Positions 1 to 8,911 of a stretch of 64,000 nucleotides of DNA are shown here, one piece after another. The position numbers and the translations under genes were made by a program. Every line of letters begins with the position of its first letter. Position 1 is the stretch's first letter. Source of the DNA: Candidatus Bathyarchaeia archaeon (lineage in GTDB: Archaea > Thermoproteota > Bathyarchaeia > 40CM-2-53-6); assembly GCA_049513715.1 (NCBI GenBank), contig JBEKVV010000008.1:23071-87070 (forward strand). The letters run 5' to 3'. A model generated the notes under the pieces. That model was not told where the DNA came from. It saw only the letters and a program-made list of their open reading frames with translations, and did not search any database.

Positions 1-1
1 T

Positions 2-661
2 CTTTGGAAGCAATCGTCGAACTAGTGGAACCCAAGCCCACGAGAAGAGGAAGGCAACATAGAGTAGAGGAATCAGGGCGTAGGGCGCATAGGAGAGCTG
101 CAACTCGATTCCTGCATCCACACCCCCTATCTGCGTCCCTTGATCGAAGGATTGCAGGACATAGTGTATTGCTGATGAGCTTTCGATAGCCGCTAAGCTG
201 CCCAGGAGGTAAATGAGAAGTCTCGATGCCAAAGCATTGCGCGATGGTCCAAGAGTAGGCTTGGATCCGGCGATTAGAGGAACGAGCTCTGCGGTGCCAA
301 CAATGAAAAGCATGTAGACGCCAATCTTGCCGAGGAAGCCGTTCCCTACGGTCACTATCATTACTGTGCTCAGAACTATTGCTAGAATGGCTAGGCTGAC
401 TTGGGCGACTCTCCTCTGACGACCACTCGAGAACCATATCGCTAGAATGGATAGACAGGCAACTGAGGCCACCCAAACAAGAACGTCAATGCGAGGATCC
501 ACGAGTATGATATCGATTTTCCTGGGATAATAGAAGAAAAAGCCCAATCCCAACGCATTCAAGATCGCAACTGTGCCGAAAAGAAAATGCAACGCGAAAG
601 CGTATGCAAGAAAATGCGACGCCCACTCAATAGCGCGAGCCTTCCACGTCGCCCCGTTCAT
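2..661 (-). CDS. Multi-pass membrane protein, running off the window edge (possible GT-C/Wzy-like glycosylation protein)
   Basis: Manual translation from ATG 661 (GGAGG upstream): MNGATWKARAIEWASHFLAYAFALHFLFG..., open to the edge with several hydrophobic segments; absent from the ORF track. Confidence 0.75.
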   Translation of the reverse strand, partial: MNGATWKARAIEWASHFLAYAFALHFLFGTVAILNALGLGFFFYYPRKIDIILVDPRIDVLVWVASVACLSILAIWFSSGRQRRVAQVSLAILAIVLSTVMIVTVGNGFLGKIGVYMLFIVGTAELVPLIAGSKPTLGPSRNALASRLLIYLLGSLAAIESSSAIHYVLQSFDQGTQIGGVDAGIELQLSYAPYALIPLLYVAFLFSWAWVPLVRRLLPK

Positions 662-976
662 AGCAATCACGCCTCCTGAAACCTGTTCTGGGAGATACGG
701 CTCTTGGCTTTTTGCAGTAAGATCCACTTGAGGATACCTGTCATGAGTCGGTTTCGAGTCTTTTACTAATGTGCGCAGATATTGCAGCTTTAGCCGCATC
801 AGCACCGTGAAATGGACACGTTTTGGCAATTTCAGATCCATCGTTGTTGAGGCATCGTTCTGACAAGCCCAGCTTGGCAATTTCGCTTGGAAGATATGTC
901 AAAGGACCTGTCAGAAACCTAAACGCCCCGAAGCAGAACTCGAAGTCACGTCTACTCGTCCGAATCTATCTTCTTC

Positions 977-1051
977 TTAGACGGAATCGAGATGGACAAT
1001 CTCCATAGCGATCACGTAAACCCAGCACAGCAGGGAGAATGATGAAAGTAC
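977..1051 (-). pseudogene. Remnant of small 2-TM membrane protein
   Basis: Stop-bounded VLSSFSLLCWVYVIAMEIVHLDSV aligns to VVSFFSLLCWAYSVAMQLVNPEAV of 38487..38726. Confidence 0.55.
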
Positions 1052-1119
1052 TCAGTCGGCCAAAAGAGCATGATGTTGTCCTTGCTGGGAATAGCAGGCA
1101 CATTTCTTGTTTTGTGGAT

Positions 1120-1722
1120 TCAGCGTTTGACGGTTGGCAGTAGGATCCACTTGAGCATAGTTGTCGCGAACCTTAGTCTGTGTCCAAAGTATTTTCCGAG
1201 CAAATCAATATCTTCCTGTTTCACGGCTTTGAGGATGCGCAGTGCCGTGAGGTATGTGACTGCGCCGATCACTATGTACAGTGGGAGAAGGTATGCGCTG
1301 TAGAATGGGATCTGAACTACCATAACAATAGCCGCCATGATAGCGCCAGCAGCTAGGGTTTTGGACATCATTCCAAGGTCGAGCCTCAAACTCAGCTTCT
1401 TCCTGAGAAAGAGAATGGTCAAGGTTGTGGTTGTAATCATTCGGAGCGCCCGAGCCGTGGAGGCGCCGAGCATTCCCCAAGTGGGGACGAGCAGGAGAGC
1501 GGTCGTTATGCTCAGGATCACGGATCCCGCTGTAATCGCTGAGGCCACTCGCGTGTGTGCAAGAGCCAAGAGCATTGGACTCAGCACTATTCCAATCACA
1601 GTGACCCCAAAGACACCTGACAATATCATTAGCGGGTTCGAACCCGTCACGTAGGCTCGCCCCACAAAAAGCGATAAGGCGGGTTTAGCCGTTGCGAAAA
1701 GCCCCAACGCCAAAGGAGCCAC
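1120..1722 (-). pseudogene. C-terminal part of an oligosaccharide flippase (MOP/Wzx-like)
   Basis: Only 200 aa; begins mid-protein (PLALGLFATAKPALSLFVGRAY), LVPTWGMLGASTA motif, same C-terminal layout as 39323..40915. Confidence 0.65.
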
Positions 1723-1843
1723 GGCGAGGGCTCACTGCGGTCTTTGTCTTGAATCAACTGCTCTCAAGATGCCTGTGAGGAATTGTTCTGGAAGGGGCTT
1801 TTTGACCATCTGGCAGTTTCAGTCCGAAGTTTTATTGGCAGGT

Positions 1844-2146
1844 ATGGTTGATGACTTGGCGCGTCGGGGGACGCGGCACTTGGTTTCAAAAGCGTGGCTG
1901 ATTTTTTGTGAGGCATTTGGTCTAACGATTTTCATATTTGGGCTCTTGGTTTGGGGATATGTTGTTGTCATTCAGGTAACTCACCCATGTTGGCTGACAG
2001 ACACCCTTAGTCACCATGCCTTTCCACTTTTGAACTGGCGAGTAGACGACGTGGGGATGATAGGTTTCGCTATTGCGCCGCTGGGTTTCTTGATGTGGTA
2101 TCTCAGCTGCGCCTATTCACAAAACTCAAGACGTGAAAAGAAATGA
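1844..2146 (+). CDS. Small 2-TM membrane protein
   Basis: FGLLVWGYVVVIQVTHP...WRVDDVGMIGF; homologous to 38487..38726; ATG 1844 chosen as likely start. Confidence 0.6.
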   Translation: MVDDLARRGTRHLVSKAWLIFCEAFGLTIFIFGLLVWGYVVVIQVTHPCWLTDTLSHHAFPLLNWRVDDVGMIGFAIAPLGFLMWYLSCAYSQNSRREKK

Positions 2147-2366
2147 CTTTCTACACAACGAGTGTGATCTGACTCGCCTTCAAGATGCTGAGCTGTTCAT
2201 GAAGAGCGCATTCATGGCAATCCACTATCGCGAAGCGTCTTGCACCACTTATGACCTATGCACTGTTTAGTCGATACGGCAGTGCTCATAGTAGTTGATT
2301 TGAGGGTTGAGCTTGTTGTGGTTGAAGTTGGGAGGTTCTGGGTCACCGTAATTGGGAGGTTTTGCG

Positions 2367-3665
2367 TCACCGTCTGCGTTTGACGACGAGGTACGATGTG
2401 CTATTACTTGTCGTTGTGATTGCTGTTGTGATGGTTGAGCTTGTCGTGGTCGAAGAACTTGTTGATGTTGAACTTGTAGTAGTTGAACTTGTTGCTGAAG
2501 AGGACGTCTGAGTTGTCGAAGACGATGTAGTTGTCGTTGTGATCGTTGAGCTTGTTGTAGTCGACGTTGTTGAGTAAGATGTGGTTGTTGGAGAAGTCGT
2601 AGTTGAACTTGGTAAGGTGTTGGATATTTCTAAGTCGTCAACCCAAATCTGGTAAGGTGAGAACGTATCATATTGCGTGTTATAGTAGATCTTCGCTGGC
2701 GTGGTGAACCATTCTTCAGGGCTACTTGTTGCTTTGGTTTGAAGTCCACTCTTATCTAGGACTAGAGTTCCGTCAATCCAGATTTTGAGTATGCCATTGG
2801 TTGGGTCTCTCAGGACGTAGTATTGGGCTTGGAACCATCTACCTCGGGGCAGCGGAAAGTTCTGGTAGGCCCCCAGCGGATGCTGGACATCGTTCAAATC
2901 GTTCCAGGTAACTGCCACCACAAACGGAATCGACGGGGACGGGGATGTTGCTTGACATACGTCAACCGCGGAATAAGGTCTTGTGTAGGGAGACTGCGCC
3001 GTCCAAAAGGGGTTGAAGAACTCAAATGAGTTCCAGCCGTTTGGCGACCCGACTCCATGGGTTTGCCAATCTGCTGGCAAGTACAGCCACACAGAAAGAA
3101 ACATTTCGTCCCCAACCAGCTCCTTGAGACCGTCAATGTTGAACTCGTCACGCCTAGACTTGCTTGCGTCAAATAGTTCCATTCCAAGGCAGCGTGTGCC
3201 ACTGTGACAAGTAAAACCTGGCGTTTTCTTGTCTAATCCCTCCATCCACGCCGTTGCTCCCCCGGGTTGAACATAGTTTCCATACACAAGCGAATTTGGA
3301 ATCCCCATGTTGAGTCCATTATCGTTATGTGGTTCAGGGTATTTCAGAGTCACATTCTCGAAGTCTGTACGATAAATTGGACTCGGCGGGCCAGCGTTGA
3401 CTTGAAAAGGAGAAGCATATGCTGCTGCGAGTTGGCTAGCGAATACAACTGTGAGCATTAGGACAATTGGCACTATTCTCCGAGAAAGGAATCTCGTCCT
3501 TTTGCCTGATACACCCAATAGAAGCTGACGCGCCGATTTTCTATAAAACATGGCTCGCACATTGGGTATGAATGTTTTCGAGTAGGAGCCATCAAACTGG
3601 TGTAACTCCCGAATTCGATTCCGAGTTACACTGTTTTCGTGACTTGACAGAGTGTGGAATGGCAT
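2367..3665 (-). CDS. Secreted polysaccharide-lyase/ConA-like protein with Ser/Thr-rich tail
   Basis: Signal-like IVPIVLMLTVVFASQLAAAYA; SVWLYLPADW, PRGRWF, GILKIWIDG and IWVDDLEI jelly-roll motifs; long S/T stretch; true start may be downstream. Confidence 0.7.
   Translation of the reverse strand: MPFHTLSSHENSVTRNRIRELHQFDGSYSKTFIPNVRAMFYRKSARQLLLGVSGKRTRFLSRRIVPIVLMLTVVFASQLAAAYASPFQVNAGPPSPIYRTDFENVTLKYPEPHNDNGLNMGIPNSLVYGNYVQPGGATAWMEGLDKKTPGFTCHSGTRCLGMELFDASKSRRDEFNIDGLKELVGDEMFLSVWLYLPADWQTHGVGSPNGWNSFEFFNPFWTAQSPYTRPYSAVDVCQATSPSPSIPFVVAVTWNDLNDVQHPLGAYQNFPLPRGRWFQAQYYVLRDPTNGILKIWIDGTLVLDKSGLQTKATSSPEEWFTTPAKIYYNTQYDTFSPYQIWVDDLEISNTLPSSTTTSPTTTSYSTTSTTTSSTITTTTTSSSTTQTSSSATSSTTTSSTSTSSSTTTSSTITTAITTTSNSTSYLVVKRRR
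3190..3486. repeat. 297-bp duplication, copy A (copy B 6289..6585)
   Basis: Visually identical sequence at offset 3099, encoding the signal peptide and N-terminus of both lyase-like paralogs. Confidence 0.9.
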
Positions 3666-3671
3666 AGCAAC

Positions 3672-3790
3672 GTTCCGTTATTGGAACATGCATGTGCCAA
3701 TATAACGCTGATGTTTGTATTATATATAATATATTGGTTTTTGGTGTGCTAATGTTCCGATATTAGGGCGTCTGGGTTCCAATATCCAAG
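3672..3790 (-). promoter_or_regulatory. TATA-rich promoter flanked by GTTCC-N6-GGAAC-type sites
   Basis: GTTCCGTTATTGGAAC (3672-3687), TATATATAATAT (~3721), partial sites GTTCCGATATT and GTTCCAATATC. Confidence 0.45.
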
Positions 3791-3960
3791 AAACGATAAC
3801 GCTCAGGATTAGAGGCATCGCTTGAGGGGACAGCTGCGTCGCACAGTCAAACAAAACGTCCCAGTTGGTACCACCGTCTCATCTGTGAATCGACAGCACA
3901 GATATTACAGATGTGCCCCCTGACATTCCTCCTAGAAAAAGGTGCATCAAACAGGAGGGG

Positions 3961-5526
3961 TTACGAAGTCAAGTCCCTGCGACGTCTCATGACCGCTAGT
4001 GCCCCTAGACCTATTGTGACTCCCACAAGTATCGATTCCCATGGGAAGCCAGGAATCGCTGGCTGTGTTGTAGTGGTTGAAGTTGTTGAGAATTGATTCC
4101 CCACGATTTGGTTGTTCTTGGGACCGCCTTGTTCGTCGATCGCGATAGAATTCTGACCGAGATAGGCGAAAGTGTTGTTCGCTATTAGAGACTGTGACGT
4201 ATCTGTGAGGATGATGCCATATCTTGCGGACCCATTGATGTAGTTGTTGCTTAGGATGACAGATCTTCCGCTTGTGACGTTTATCCCGACGGTGTAGGTT
4301 GAAGAAGCGATTCCTTCGATCCGATTCCCCGAAACCAATGTGCCATGTGGCTCTTTCAATTCCATGCCTGAGTTCACGGGCTGCGCAATCACATTGTTCA
4401 GAAGATGCGCACATGCCGTTCCTGACGCGAGGTATATGCCCGTCTTGGGTCGTTCGATATCGTTGGTGGAAATCAGGGTGCAATCAACGTTTCTGAGATA
4501 TACGCCCGTAAGCCGAGCATCGAGAATGCGATTCTTCCAAAGCACATAATCGCTTCCACCTGGCACAAATATTCCGTACCTTTGACTCTGAACAATAGTA
4601 TTATTCACGATTGTGACGTTAGAAGCCGCATCCGGTGAATAAATAGTGACCCCAGCATATCCTGGATGCTGGATGAGGTTGTCACTGATCAAAACGTCTC
4701 TGCATGGGCCGCTCCCAAGGTTCTCGAGCGCAATTCCACTTCCTCCGGCATAATTGACTACGTTTGACGTTACACTGTCGTCAGAGGTAGTGACGAGCGA
4801 GATTCCATTGTGGTTGGTCGTTCTGTTAATGAAATTACTAGAGGCAATCATGTGAGTTCCTTTTGACAGAATTATGCCATCATCGGTGGCATTGAAGATC
4901 GTGTTATTGAGAGCGGCGTCTCCATCACCGCTCAACCGTATGCCCCCATGATCGGGATTCACAATGTAAAGACCAGATACAGTATTGTTGCGCCCCCTTA
5001 CGCCTATTGTTTCGTAACTCTTTCCTTTCACTTGATTCGTCGCGTTAATCATGAAGTTCTCAACAATCCAGTTCGCCTCATCAAACCACGCCGCCTGACC
5101 ATTGAAGCTCGGCTTAAGGACAAGTTTCGTTCCCAAACCGCTTCCTTCCAGGTTGACGTTGTCATGTCCTGGGTCAAACACGAGTGTCCGGGAGACTACG
5201 TACGTGCCATTTTTGATGACGACATGACACCCGACTGAACAGTGTCTCACTGTAGATTCAATGACATCGGCGAACACCAGTCCGTCTACTCTACTTGCAT
5301 TGTTCGGTCCTCCATAGACCACGCTGTCTGTCGTGCAGTCTCTGGCGTAGTAATAGATTCCGTCGGTGGATATTACATAGTTACAGGGCACGTTTAGATT
5401 CGTTGCACTAATGTTGACTATGGTTCGCCTAGTCGGTTTTGGTAAGGCCAGGGAGGCCATCGGAGTGACGCCGGTCAGAATAACGAGAACAAGTATGACT
5501 GCCATTACTCTTCCCGAGCAAAACAT
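3961..5526 (-). CDS. Right-handed beta-helix (NosD/pectin-lyase-like) surface protein with PGF-CTERM anchor
   Basis: Repeated GI-x-L...I-x-x-N-x-I units; N-terminal hydrophobic signal; C-terminal PAIPGFPWESILVG-TM-RRRR; the ORF-track extension to 5757 overlaps the upstream gene. Confidence 0.85.
   Translation of the reverse strand: MFCSGRVMAVILVLVILTGVTPMASLALPKPTRRTIVNISATNLNVPCNYVISTDGIYYYARDCTTDSVVYGGPNNASRVDGLVFADVIESTVRHCSVGCHVVIKNGTYVVSRTLVFDPGHDNVNLEGSGLGTKLVLKPSFNGQAAWFDEANWIVENFMINATNQVKGKSYETIGVRGRNNTVSGLYIVNPDHGGIRLSGDGDAALNNTIFNATDDGIILSKGTHMIASSNFINRTTNHNGISLVTTSDDSVTSNVVNYAGGSGIALENLGSGPCRDVLISDNLIQHPGYAGVTIYSPDAASNVTIVNNTIVQSQRYGIFVPGGSDYVLWKNRILDARLTGVYLRNVDCTLISTNDIERPKTGIYLASGTACAHLLNNVIAQPVNSGMELKEPHGTLVSGNRIEGIASSTYTVGINVTSGRSVILSNNYINGSARYGIILTDTSQSLIANNTFAYLGQNSIAIDEQGGPKNNQIVGNQFSTTSTTTTQPAIPGFPWESILVGVTIGLGALAVMRRRRDLTS
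3983..4090. repeat. Duplicated PGF-CTERM-coding module, copy A (copy B 5611..5718)
   Basis: About 108 bp near-identical at offset 1628, encoding STTSTTTTQPAIPGFPWESILVGxTIGLGALAVMRR. Confidence 0.9.
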
Positions 5527-5531
5527 GTCTA

Positions 5532-6635
5532 TCAGCAGTGTTTTCTTGAAAAGGATGGATTTAAGGGTGGATTGAAAGGGAAGCGATACGAAGGAGTCAA
5601 GTTCTTGCGGCGTCTCATTACCGCCAGTGCTCCTAGACCTATTGTGGCTCCCACAAGTATCGATTCCCATGGGAAGCCAGGAATCGCTGGCTGTGTTGTA
5701 GTGGTTGAAGTTGTTGAGGATGATGTGGAACTTGAAGTCTGCGGCTGTGTTTTCCATATTTCTAGGTCATCAACCCAGATTCTGTAAGGCGAAAACATGT
5801 CATTGGTACTGTAGTAGATTTTCGCTGGAGTGGTGGACCATTTTTCAGCCGAGCCCATAGTTACATTCTGAAGTCCACTTCTATCTGTAATCAACTGTCC
5901 GTCAAACCAGATTCTAAGAATACCATTAGTTGAGCTTTTCAAAACATAATACTGAACTTGGAACCATCTACCGACAGGCAAAGGAAAATTTAGGTTGTCG
6001 TAGAGCCAGTGTTCGACATTGTTAGCGTCCTGATAGGCAACTTGCAATTCGAAGTTGTGTGAAGGAGGTGTTTGAATTATGTAGATTGCTGAGTAGCTGC
6101 CTGACGATGTGAAGTACGGGTTCACAAGCTCATACCAAGAACTGCCTGAAGGCGTGTAGGTTTGCCAGTTCGCTGGCAGGTATAACCAAACAGAAACAAA
6201 CGCCTGATCTCCAGTCAAAGCATTCAGATTTTCGATGTTGAACTCATCACGCCTAGACTTCGTGATGTTGAACAGCTCCATTCCGAGACAGCGTGTGCCA
6301 CTGTGACAAGTAAAACCTGGCGTTTTCTTGTCTAATCCCTCCATCCACGCCGTTGCTCCCCCGGGTTGAACATAGTTTCCATACACAAGCGAATTTGGAA
6401 TCCCCATGTTGAGTCCATTATCGTTATGTGGTTCAGGGTATTTCAGAGTCACATTCTCGAAGTCTGTACGATAAATTGGACTCGGCGGGCCAGCGTTGAC
6501 TTGAAAAGGAGAAGCATATGCTGCTGCGAGTTGGCTAGCGAATACAACTGTGAGCATTAGGACAATTGGCACTATTCTCCGAGAAGGGAAACTCCTCTTT
6601 GGCATAGACATAGCTTCGTTGCTGGTGCCCCTCAA
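5532..6635 (-). CDS. Polysaccharide-lyase/ConA-like surface protein with PGF-CTERM anchor
   Basis: Paralog of 2367..3665; S/T linker, then IPGFPWES-TM-RRRK. Confidence 0.8.
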   Translation of the reverse strand: MRGTSNEAMSMPKRSFPSRRIVPIVLMLTVVFASQLAAAYASPFQVNAGPPSPIYRTDFENVTLKYPEPHNDNGLNMGIPNSLVYGNYVQPGGATAWMEGLDKKTPGFTCHSGTRCLGMELFNITKSRRDEFNIENLNALTGDQAFVSVWLYLPANWQTYTPSGSSWYELVNPYFTSSGSYSAIYIIQTPPSHNFELQVAYQDANNVEHWLYDNLNFPLPVGRWFQVQYYVLKSSTNGILRIWFDGQLITDRSGLQNVTMGSAEKWSTTPAKIYYSTNDMFSPYRIWVDDLEIWKTQPQTSSSTSSSTTSTTTTQPAIPGFPWESILVGATIGLGALAVMRRRKNLTPSYRFPFNPPLNPSFSRKHC

Positions 6636-7082
6636 TCAGAACATCACATATAGGTCAGTGCTCAGTTCTTTCTCTTTGGGCGGTTCTACTAGAGGCCGCA
6701 AAGCCAGCATCATGTCATTAAGAACTGGCATCCAATAGTCACCATCTTGTCGCGCTTTAGCCTCTAGGTCATGGAGATTCGACGACAAGTTCGTGTAGAT
6801 CTGCGGATCAGATGTGGATTGCTCGTTCGTGTGCCAACCAGTGCGTCCCCTCCAATCCTTCCATTCATTTGTGTGCATTCTTAATCGCCCCCGTCTTCGC
6901 CATGCTATCGGCGTCACTATCAAGAAATAGATGCTTGAGAGTGCTGCCGTCACCAGGCAGGAACGGATGTAGTCCACAAACCCTCGCAAGGCTACGCCTG
7001 CCGAGTGCAAGAACGACACCGTTGAAAGCATCAGCTTCACAGTATTGACACGCATGCGCCTTCCTAGACTAGTCAAGAGCAA
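6636..7082 (-). CDS. SxtJ-like membrane protein with an SxtK-like C-terminus
   Basis: LSSIYFLIVTPIAW resembles the SxtJ motif; ends LYVMF, like the SxtK IYTLF end; directly downstream of the carbamoyltransferase. Confidence 0.55.
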   Translation of the reverse strand: MLLTSLGRRMRVNTVKLMLSTVSFLHSAGVALRGFVDYIRSCLVTAALSSIYFLIVTPIAWRRRGRLRMHTNEWKDWRGRTGWHTNEQSTSDPQIYTNLSSNLHDLEAKARQDGDYWMPVLNDMMLALRPLVEPPKEKELSTDLYVMF

Positions 7083-8889
7083 ATTCCTCCTGCTTTTCGG
7101 TAAGCTTTGTTTGCGGCTGCTCTTTCTTGTCCAACCAGAAGCCCTCTAGGTACAAATACTCTATGTCAGTCCGCGCAAAGCAACGATAGGCATCATCGGG
7201 GGTGCAGACAATCGGCTCCCCACGAACGTTGAAGGATGTGTTGACGACAACCGCACAGCCGGTCAATGATTCAAACTGCAGAATAACTTCATGAAAGAGC
7301 GGATTCGTCTCGCGATGAACCGTCTGGATTCGAGCGGAGTAGTCCCAATGTGTCACAGCAGGAATGTCGCTACGTTTCTGGTTGACTGCTGGAAGTAAGT
7401 CGTCATCAACGATAAGAGCGCTTTCTCGTGGTAACCGGCGTGATTTACACACAGGCGCAACAAGCAGCATGTACGGGCTCGCGCGGTCCAGCTCGAAATA
7501 ATCCTTCAAGCGTTCAATCAAGACAGCAGGAGCAAACGGTCGGAAAGATTCGCGAGGTTTGATCTTCAAGTTCATCACTCGCTGCATGTCTTCGCGCCGC
7601 GGATCACCCAGGATTGAACGAGAGCCCAGAGCTCGTGGTCCATATTCGATGCGTCCAGAGAAGAAGCCAACAACATGCCCATCAGCTAAGGCTCTGGCTA
7701 CTGTGATTGCGCGTTCATCCTTTTTCAAGTGCCTGTAGGACAGCCTTTCTCTTTGGAGAAACGCCTCAACTTCAGGTTCGGAAAAGGCAGGTCCAAGATA
7801 GCTACCTTTCTGCTTATCAAACCCATCCGACGGCGTCCTCTTTACGCTGTGGTGGCCGAACTGAACAGCCAGCGCAGCGCCCAAAGCTCCGCCAGCGTCA
7901 CCTGCTGCAGGCTGAATCCAGATATCCTCAAATGGGCTTTCGCGTAGGATGCGACCATTTGCGACACAGTTCAGGGCGACGCCTCCAGCTAAGCATAAGA
8001 ATCTCTTGCGCGTTTCCTTGTGAATGTAACAAGCCATTTTGAGCATCGCCTCTTCCGTAAACGCTTGGATTGAGGCCGCTAGGTCCATTTCCCTACGCGT
8101 GATGCGTGACTCAGGAAGGCGACGATGTCCGCCAAAGAGTTCGTCAAATTTCGGTGAGGTCATCTCGAGCCTGTCTAGAAAACCGAAATATTCTAGGTTA
8201 AGAGCCACGGAACCGTCTTCGTGGATTGTCGCAATCTGCTCTTTTATGTCGTTCAGGTATCTGGGCTGACCATAGGGAGCCAGCCCCATCAGCTTGTATT
8301 CTCCTGAATTTACCTTGAAGCCGCAGAAGTATGTGATGGCTGAATACAGGAGCCCAAGCGAGTCTGGAAAGTGCATTTCCTTCAGGATGCGCACTTCCTC
8401 TCCTACACCGACACCGAAGGAGGCGGTGGCCCATTCTCCAACACCGTCAACTGTCAGGATTGCCGCGTCGTCATAAGGGGAAGGATAGAATGCGCTGGCG
8501 GCATGGGCAAGATGGTGCGGTGTGAACAGGACAGGTCCTTCGTAGCCAAGCGATTCCCGAATGATCTTGGGAATGCGCAATTTCTGTGCGATCCACCTCG
8601 GCATGGAGGTTGACCAAGATTTGGAGCCATGATGGGCAACGGCAAGATAGGATTTCAGGAGACGATCGTATGTCAGGACCGGCTTGTCATAGAATACCAC
8701 CGAATCCAAATCGCAAGGAAGAATTTCCCCTTCCTCGAGACAGTATAGGATAGCATTGGTCGGGAAGGATGCGTCGAATTTCCTGCGTGTGAAACGTTCT
8801 TCCTGAGCCGCGGCGATGATCTCTCCGTCCCGCACAAGGGCGGCTGCTGCATCGTGGTAGAAACAGGAGATCCCAAGAGTGGCAGGCAT
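7069..8889 (-). CDS. O-carbamoyltransferase (NodU/CmcH/SxtI family)
   Basis: HHLAHAASAF, TVDGVGE, GEYKLMGLAPYG, LAGGVALNCVANG, EYGPRALGSRS, NTSFNVRGEPIV. Confidence 0.95.
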   Translation of the reverse strand: MPATLGISCFYHDAAAALVRDGEIIAAAQEERFTRRKFDASFPTNAILYCLEEGEILPCDLDSVVFYDKPVLTYDRLLKSYLAVAHHGSKSWSTSMPRWIAQKLRIPKIIRESLGYEGPVLFTPHHLAHAASAFYPSPYDDAAILTVDGVGEWATASFGVGVGEEVRILKEMHFPDSLGLLYSAITYFCGFKVNSGEYKLMGLAPYGQPRYLNDIKEQIATIHEDGSVALNLEYFGFLDRLEMTSPKFDELFGGHRRLPESRITRREMDLAASIQAFTEEAMLKMACYIHKETRKRFLCLAGGVALNCVANGRILRESPFEDIWIQPAAGDAGGALGAALAVQFGHHSVKRTPSDGFDKQKGSYLGPAFSEPEVEAFLQRERLSYRHLKKDERAITVARALADGHVVGFFSGRIEYGPRALGSRSILGDPRREDMQRVMNLKIKPRESFRPFAPAVLIERLKDYFELDRASPYMLLVAPVCKSRRLPRESALIVDDDLLPAVNQKRSDIPAVTHWDYSARIQTVHRETNPLFHEVILQFESLTGCAVVVNTSFNVRGEPIVCTPDDAYRCFARTDIEYLYLEGFWLDKKEQPQTKLTEKQEEFALD

Positions 8890-8911
8890 TCGACAAAGCC
8901 TCCAGCGCTTT

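Noticed and set aside
5527-5757. N-terminal extension of the 598-aa ORF
   Set aside because: It is an alternative frame of the upstream gene's PGF-CTERM tail; the signal peptide begins near 5526-5505.
2367-6635. Diversity-generating retroelement template and variable repeats
   Set aside because: No reverse transcriptase, and differences between the duplicated blocks are not adenine-specific.
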